DNA from: Promethearchaeota archaeon
Lineage (GTDB): Archaea > Asgardarchaeota > Lokiarchaeia > Sigyniarchaeales > SOKP01
Assembly (NCBI GenBank): GCA_019058445.1
Contig: JAHPZA010000009.1
Location: 320,001 to 384,000, forward strand
Reading direction: 5' to 3'
DNA: 64,000 nt
The notes under the pieces were generated by a model that was given only the letters and a program-made list of their open reading frames with translations, was not told the origin of the DNA and made no database searches. The position numbers and the translations under genes are program-made. Shown here in pieces: positions 58,030-64,000 of this stretch (its first letter is position 1; each line of letters opens with the position of its first letter).

Positions 58030-58208
58030 TGATTATTATCCGATTTTTAACTTTTTCAGAATATATTCTTAAATGTTTGAATTTAAAATTCAAATTTTAA
58101 AAATATATTTTTGCTACCTTCAAATTATTAAAGAAAAGCATTTATAGTTCTTGGTACACATTTATTTAACTCTTCAATGAGAGGAAAAAATAAGGTTTTG
58201 AATGTTTT

Positions 58209-58805
58209 ATGGAAAATACGCTAAAGCTTGAAATAATTGCTCAAGAAAATTTGATTGTCGCAAAAAGAGAAAAAATAATTGCATCTGAATTAAAACAATT
58301 AGCTAAAAATCTCTTGAAAAAAGCAAAAACACGTGAAAAATTTGTAAATAGAGAAATTAATTTAGCAAAAATAAGAAAGGAATTTATCAAAGAAAATGAG
58401 AAATTATTAGAAAATAAAATTAAATCTAAAGATATATTAGAGATTTCTGAGGAAGAATTAAAAAAAGATAGGGATTTTATAGAGCATCATGAAAAAGTCG
58501 CTGAAGATCAACTCGAAATGGCAAAAAAACATAAATCAATTGCAGAAATCGAAGAAAAATTGGCCAAAAACAAAATTGAATTAGCAAATATTAAAATTCA
58601 TGCCTCAAATATCCGATTAAAGTTATCAAAATTACAACTTAAATATTTAAAAACGATTGAGAGAAGCGGCTCGCAATCAAAAGCAATGTTAATTAAAGGG
58701 TTGTTTAAGCAAGAACAAGAAAATTTGAATCAATACTTAAGCGAAATAAGGGAAAAAGAGGAGGAAATAAAATTACTGCAAGCGAATATAACAAATTTAA
58801 AATAA
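58209..58805 (+). CDS. Coiled-coil hypothetical protein
   Basis: K/E/L-rich heptads throughout, no Pro. Confidence 0.65.
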   Translation: MENTLKLEIIAQENLIVAKREKIIASELKQLAKNLLKKAKTREKFVNREINLAKIRKEFIKENEKLLENKIKSKDILEISEEELKKDRDFIEHHEKVAEDQLEMAKKHKSIAEIEEKLAKNKIELANIKIHASNIRLKLSKLQLKYLKTIERSGSQSKAMLIKGLFKQEQENLNQYLSEIREKEEEIKLLQANITNLK

Positions 58806-58871
58806 TATTTATCCTCCTATATTTTAGTAAAACTTAAAACTCAAGTTTAAATTATTTATGCTCAATATACT

Positions 58872-59288
58872 CTATTCTTCTTTTAACTTTTTAAGAATAT
58901 ATTCCAAAATAGTAATCACTCGTTCTTTATATGAAATTTGCTCTGGATAATCATAACTAAATGATTTCCAATGAGGTCGCTTATGACCTATTTTAAATTT
59001 CACACCTTTCATAGTAGTCCAGTAAGAATTAGGATTAATCTTGGTAGCTATTTGATCGGCAATAATATACCAATGATACTTAGTTTGGATATTAGCTCCT
59101 GAATTGAGTGGTGCGGGATTGACTCGGGTTTTGACGCTATTAAAATTAAAACTCCATCTATCAGGTGCTTTTTTAGTTTCATGCCATTTCCCATCTTTAT
59201 AATTCCAAAAGTGAGAATGACCAATCTCCATACCTGTATATTTTTTGTACTTGTAAGATTTAAGTGTGTTGTACGTCGTTAAAATCAC
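58872..59288 (-). CDS. Hypothetical protein with a Trp/His-rich beta-type core (start uncertain)
   Basis: GHSHFWNY..GKWHETK.APDRW...YHWYI...GHKRP. Confidence 0.6.
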   Translation of the reverse strand: MILTTYNTLKSYKYKKYTGMEIGHSHFWNYKDGKWHETKKAPDRWSFNFNSVKTRVNPAPLNSGANIQTKYHWYIIADQIATKINPNSYWTTMKGVKFKIGHKRPHWKSFSYDYPEQISYKERVITILEYILKKLKEE

Positions 59289-59411
59289 TTAATTACAAAA
59301 TTAACTTAGTACAGTAGTACACATTTTCATATAAATAATAAGACACCTGCAATTTTTCAATAATATTCATAAAAAATCCAACTTCTAAAAATTAAGAGAG
59401 AATTGAAATGA

Positions 59412-61007
59412 TTAATTTCTTTTATAGACAGATTTGCCTCTTACAATTGTCTCAAGAACTTGAATATTTTTTATCTGGGCTTTCGGGACTTCGAGTGGAT
59501 TTTTATCTAATATAACAAAATCTGCTAATTTTCCAACCTCGATGCTCCCTTTTACATCTTCTTCAAAGGCGGCATATGCTCCATTTATTGTGTATGTTTT
59601 TAAAGCCTCTTCAATAGAAATACATTGTTCTGGCACTAATCCATTTCGAGTAACTAAAGCATGTATCCCTAAAATAACATCCGGTACTTCAACCGGGCAA
59701 TCTGAACCTGATGCTATGACCACCCCGGCATCTATAAGTGATTTATAGGGGTAGGTATATTTACATCGGTCCTTCCCAATACGTTTTTCCAACCAAGTAT
59801 ATTCTGAATTAATAAATGATGGTTGACAAGACGCGATCAAACCCAGTTCTTTCATATCACGAATAACATCAGCGGTTAACATAGATGCATGCTCAACTCT
59901 ATGACGATGGTCTTCTCGGGGATTTTCTTTTAAGAGTCTTTTATATAAATCAACCACTATTCTATTACCCTTATCTCCTATTGTATGAACACCTATTTGA
60001 AATCCACGATTATGAGCATCTTTCATTAAATTGTATAATTTTTCAGTATCAACCACACAAAAACCACACATATCGGGAGCGTCCGAAAAAGGTTCAAACA
60101 TGCATGCTGTTTTTGCTCCAAAAGTGCCATCTGCAAACGTTTTAAAACCCCCAATTTTAAATTTACTGTATTTATGTCCCTCATCTAAGGGAGGCTTTTT
60201 TACTTTTACGATATTATTGATATCCTCTGTGGTTACTAAACAATACCAATTCTGAAGTACTTTTGGAATAATTGATTTCATAATTGAGAACTCAACACCC
60301 CGACCTCTATCATATTCGACTAGACCGCAAATTGAGGTAATCCCCTTTTCAGCTAATATTTTAAATGCTTTTTCTGCGCCATCCATAATTTCGGATGGGT
60401 TTGGAAACGACATTTTAGAATATAAGAGATTTAGAGCTTCTTCGGAAATAATTCCAGTTATTTCTCCCTTTTCATTTTTTCTTATTTCTCCACCCTCAGG
60501 AACTTCTGTTTCAGCTGTTATTCCAGCAATCTCTAATGCTTTAGTATTTGCAACCCCAATATGCCCATCATATCTTACAAGAAAAACCGGATTTTCAGAA
60601 CAAATCTCATCTAGTTGCCATCTTGTTGGTAATGTTCTTTCTTCAGGATTAGTGAAATATTCTTCATTTAGACGTAACCCAATTATCCATTCAGATGAGT
60701 TTTTTTGAGGAGCAGTCTCTCTTATGAGAATGTGAAGATCTTTCATACTTTTAACATTAGTAAGATCAAGATTCACTAGGAAAAATATGAACATTATTGG
60801 ATGCATGTGTGAATCAATAAACCCCGGAAGTAATGTAAATCCATCCAAATTAATTAATTCAAATCCATCTCCCATTTTTTGTTTAATCTCAGTAAATTTT
60901 CCCACAGCAACAATTTTTTCTCCTTCAGTTGCTACTGCTTCTACAGAAGGTTGGTCCTCATTTAAAGTTAATATGGCTCCCCCATAATAAATCCTTTTTT
61001 CATTCAA
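59412..61007 (-). CDS. YtcJ-like amidohydrolase
   Basis: PGFIDSHMH, DGH, K.FADG, HTIGD, RVEHAS, GSDCP, GKLADF. Confidence 0.92.
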   Translation of the reverse strand: MNEKRIYYGGAILTLNEDQPSVEAVATEGEKIVAVGKFTEIKQKMGDGFELINLDGFTLLPGFIDSHMHPIMFIFFLVNLDLTNVKSMKDLHILIRETAPQKNSSEWIIGLRLNEEYFTNPEERTLPTRWQLDEICSENPVFLVRYDGHIGVANTKALEIAGITAETEVPEGGEIRKNEKGEITGIISEEALNLLYSKMSFPNPSEIMDGAEKAFKILAEKGITSICGLVEYDRGRGVEFSIMKSIIPKVLQNWYCLVTTEDINNIVKVKKPPLDEGHKYSKFKIGGFKTFADGTFGAKTACMFEPFSDAPDMCGFCVVDTEKLYNLMKDAHNRGFQIGVHTIGDKGNRIVVDLYKRLLKENPREDHRHRVEHASMLTADVIRDMKELGLIASCQPSFINSEYTWLEKRIGKDRCKYTYPYKSLIDAGVVIASGSDCPVEVPDVILGIHALVTRNGLVPEQCISIEEALKTYTINGAYAAFEEDVKGSIEVGKLADFVILDKNPLEVPKAQIKNIQVLETIVRGKSVYKRN

Positions 61008-61141
61008 TTTTAAGATCCCCTATTAAAAATAATCTTTAGTTTTAGTTTTTGAAATGTAATATCAAATATAAAATATTTAACAAGAGTTTAGCTTTAAAAA
61101 ATGGAGGAGAAATTTTGAATTATGAGAATATTACGACTTTT

Positions 61142-62758
61142 CTATTCTTTTTTGTAAGCAGTTTTACCACGTATAATCGTTTCTACAACTTTTAGATTTT
61201 TTATATCATTATTTGGGATCTCCAAAGGATTTTTATCTAAGATAACCAAATCTGCTAACTTTCCAACTTCTATACTGCCTTTTACATTCTCTTGGAAAGC
61301 AGCATACGCACCATTAATAGTATAAGCCTTTAAACTCTCCTTTATTGACACGCATTCTTGAGGAGTGTAACCTACTCGAGTAACCATAGCATGAAGTCCT
61401 AAAATAGGATCTGGATCTTCGACTGGACAATCTGAACCTGCAGCAAGAATAACACCAGCATCAATTATAGATTTAAAAGGATATACATAAGAAAAACGCT
61501 TTTTACCTAATCGTTCTTCCAAAAAAGGGCAATCTGAGATTATAAATGGTGGTTGACATGAAGCAATTAATCCTAATTCTTTCATATCATTAATAACATC
61601 TGGGGTTAGCATTGAAGCATGTTCAATTCGATGTCGATGATTTTCTCTTGGAAATTCAGTTAAAAGTTTTTTGTATAAATCTACGATCCCTCGATTACCT
61701 TTATCTCCAATTGCATGAATAGCAATCTGATAACCAAGATTATGCGCAGATTTCATAAGATTATAGATTGTATCATCATCAATCACACAAAAGCCATAAT
61801 TATCTGGTTGGTCTAAATATGGGTCAAACATATAGGCTGTTGATGAACCAAAGGTGCCATCATACCAAAACTTTATACAACCCACTTTAAATTTCCCATC
61901 ATCTTTACCCTCATCTAAGGGTAATTTCTTTATTCTCTTCAATTTTTTGGGAGTTGCAGTATAAACTATACTATAAAAGTTCTGAAGGATTTCTTCTTTA
62001 ATTGTTTTAAGAATCGGAATTGCGATACCACCTAGATTTTCAACGCCACCTTCTCTATCCATTTCATAAACACCATGGACAGTGGTTAATCCTTTTGATG
62101 CTAAATCCTTGTAAAAAGTTGATGCAACTTTAACAATTTTCTCTCTGCTTGGTAGAGTAATTTTTGAAATTATCATATTTCTCGCGTTTTCAGTTAGAAT
62201 GCCATTAGGTTCGCCATTTTCATTTTTTTGTATTTCTCCTCCATCAGGTGAGACTGTATTTTTATCAATTTCAGCAATTTCTAATGCTTTACTATTGATG
62301 ACGCATAAATGGCCATCATGTCTTAAAAGAAATACAGGATTTTCAGAACAGGCCTTATCTAAATCCCAACGTGTCGGTAAAACTGGAACCTCAAAATTTT
62401 CCTCCATTAAATTCAATCCCATAATAAATTCATTAGGTTCCGCTGATTTTGCTGTTTCTTTCAGAAGTTCCTGAAGTTCTTCCAAGCTTTTTATACTTGA
62501 AAGATTTAAATTCATTAAGAAAATAAGAGAGAAAATAGGATGCATATGGCAATCAATAAATCCTGGAAGAAGAGCTTTATCTTTTAAATCTATGATCTCG
62601 TAATCCTTGTCCATCTTATCTTTAACTTCCTCTAAATTGCCTACAGCAATAATTTTTTCACCGCTTATGCCCACTGCTTCAACCAGTGGTTGATTATCGT
62701 TTATGGTGATAATTGGTCCGCCAACAAAAATTTTCCCTTCAGATGTGTCATTATTCAT
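61142..62758 (-). CDS. YtcJ-like amidohydrolase (tandem paralog)
   Basis: PGFIDCHMH, HDGH, KFWYDG, HAIGD, RIEHAS, GSDCP, GKLADL. Confidence 0.92.
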   Translation of the reverse strand: MNNDTSEGKIFVGGPIITINDNQPLVEAVGISGEKIIAVGNLEEVKDKMDKDYEIIDLKDKALLPGFIDCHMHPIFSLIFLMNLNLSSIKSLEELQELLKETAKSAEPNEFIMGLNLMEENFEVPVLPTRWDLDKACSENPVFLLRHDGHLCVINSKALEIAEIDKNTVSPDGGEIQKNENGEPNGILTENARNMIISKITLPSREKIVKVASTFYKDLASKGLTTVHGVYEMDREGGVENLGGIAIPILKTIKEEILQNFYSIVYTATPKKLKRIKKLPLDEGKDDGKFKVGCIKFWYDGTFGSSTAYMFDPYLDQPDNYGFCVIDDDTIYNLMKSAHNLGYQIAIHAIGDKGNRGIVDLYKKLLTEFPRENHRHRIEHASMLTPDVINDMKELGLIASCQPPFIISDCPFLEERLGKKRFSYVYPFKSIIDAGVILAAGSDCPVEDPDPILGLHAMVTRVGYTPQECVSIKESLKAYTINGAYAAFQENVKGSIEVGKLADLVILDKNPLEIPNNDIKNLKVVETIIRGKTAYKKE

Positions 62759-62841
62759 GATAAAAAATCCATTAATCTAATTAAAAATTTTAATCTAAAT
62801 AAAGAAATAAAAAATAAAAATTAAGGTTTAAGATTTTAAAA

Positions 62842-64000
62842 TTATACTTCAAGGGTTTCTTCCGGAATTGTTTTACAAATTTCTGTCAAATCAATGCCTT
62901 TTTTAGCAAGCCACTTTTTTCTTATTATATAATAGATCACAGCTCCAAGGTAAAAGCAGATAGAAATTAGAACTGCAATTGGAGAAATTAGTACCATTAA
63001 AATAATCGAGAAAATGGCGTATGCTACATTAATCACTACGCACGCTATTAAAACTTTCCTTTTTAGCTTAAATTGTGATTTCTTCATCAATTCGGGGAAT
63101 TTTTTTTCGAGTTTAAGGGGAACTGATGCGAGGACTAACGCCCCAATAGATCCTGTAAATGCTAACACAATTGATAGATCAATTATACTCGCTTGAAAGA
63201 ATAGAAGGATCAACGCGCCAGCCACAAATATGGTTATAGACCAATGAGGGGTCTTATACCTCTTGTTGAGTTTTGCAAGAAAAGAAGGAAGTAATTGATC
63301 TCGTGCAGCACTAAATAGATTTCTTGAATATGCGAGGAGAATCCCATGAATCGTTGAGGCAATAGCGATAAGAATAAGAATACTTAAAAAAATTAAAACC
63401 CATGGAGGAAAGAATAATGCCGCTACATCTACTAGATTCCCTTCTATTTCTCCTAAAGTTCTCCAATCCATATTTCCAGTCATAACGATAGATACTAATA
63501 TGTAAACAGTTGCAATTAAAAAGAAACTAATTAATAGGCCTAAAGGTATATTTTTTCTCGGATTTTTCACCTCACCCCCAATTTCGGCTACTGCTGTAAA
63601 TCCTTGATAAGAAAAACTTAATATTACAGCACCCATGAAGACACCAATAATTCCCATAGGAAACAATCCCCCACTTCCAGTGCCCCTCAATTTATTTACA
63701 TCAATATGGGGTAATCCAAATATAATGAAAATTAAAATGACCAGAAAATCACCACAAATCGCAAGCAGAATCTGAAGCCAACCAGTAAATTTAATTCCAA
63801 AAAGGTTTGTAATGTAAAATACGAGCAATATAATAATCGCAACTATTAAGAAAGAACCAGGGATAAATACCTCAAAATAAAGACCAAATCCTAAAGCTAA
63901 TAATGCCAATCCTCCCACAATATTTAATATTACTGTAGCGACCACTAGCATACCTATAAATGGAGATCCTAACCTTGAGCTATAAACCCAAGCACCTCCG
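62842..64000 (-). CDS. APC-family amino acid permease (5' part lies beyond the window)
   Basis: FSYQGF...GGEVKNPRKNIP, SRNLFSAARD.LLP, TP. The frame stays open upstream of 63951 (GGAWVYSSRLG) to the window end. Confidence 0.9.
   Translation of the reverse strand, partial: GGAWVYSSRLGSPFIGMLVVATVILNIVGGLALLALGFGLYFEVFIPGSFLIVAIIILLVFYITNLFGIKFTGWLQILLAICGDFLVILIFIIFGLPHIDVNKLRGTGSGGLFPMGIIGVFMGAVILSFSYQGFTAVAEIGGEVKNPRKNIPLGLLISFFLIATVYILVSIVMTGNMDWRTLGEIEGNLVDVAALFFPPWVLIFLSILILIAIASTIHGILLAYSRNLFSAARDQLLPSFLAKLNKRYKTPHWSITIFVAGALILLFFQASIIDLSIVLAFTGSIGALVLASVPLKLEKKFPELMKKSQFKLKRKVLIACVVINVAYAIFSIILMVLISPIAVLISICFYLGAVIYYIIRKKWLAKKGIDLTEICKTIPEETLEV

Noticed and set aside
58209-58805. Coiled-coil protein as an ESCRT-III/PspA homolog
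   Set aside because: The size fits, but I recognise no family-specific motif or ESCRT/Vps4 neighbour; a profile or structure search would be needed.
1348-63196. Many short antisense or overlapping ORFs in the track (e.g. 6340-6666, 8559-8906, 10070-10468, 26113-26598, 47905-48243, 55442-55855, 56225-56563)
   Set aside because: They overlap well-supported genes, mostly on the opposite strand, have the composition of reverse-translated coding DNA and show no motifs.
1-64000. Selenoprotein (in-frame TGA) or stop read-through in the redox genes
   Set aside because: Active-site motifs of TrxR, PDOs, Grx, FTR and CCG proteins are encoded as Cys, and the TGA stops I checked fall at expected protein ends. 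I identified no convincing SECIS by eye.

Overview
AT-rich archaeal genomic window, most consistent with an Asgard archaeon (Lokiarchaeia-like). This is inferred from Arf/Rag-like small GTPases, a longin/uDENN-like GTPase fusion, a membrane LRR protein, BHB-type tRNA introns and TrmB/HTH-10 regulators. Main contents: (1) regulators, a small GTPase, SfsA and a large beta-helix membrane protein with a cytoplasmic RING-like Zn finger; (2) a cysteine cluster cysE-cysK-tRNA-Cys-cysS whose tRNA-Cys(GCA) carries two non-canonical introns (9/10 and 59/60) and a duplicated acceptor strand in its leader; (3) thiol-redox genes (two PDOs plus TrxR; Grx, FTR and two CCG proteins); (4) an 18-kb TCA gene cluster (sucDC divergent from korA, [insertion], korB, sdhAB, fumC, FMN alpha-hydroxy-acid dehydrogenase, gltA, acnA) whose minus-strand arm follows reaction order, with the FMN enzyme where malate dehydrogenase would be expected; (5) a 3.6-kb insertion between korA and korB encoding a repeat plus PD-(D/E)xK-like protein and a TM-LRR protein; (6) many Fe-S and redox proteins, an orphan glycyl radical enzyme, a rubredoxin reductase, rubredoxin and NOX-like operon, and tandem amidohydrolases with an APC permease. 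I saw no CRISPR array, rRNA, transposase or integrase. All calls come from reading motifs by eye; no database searches were run.
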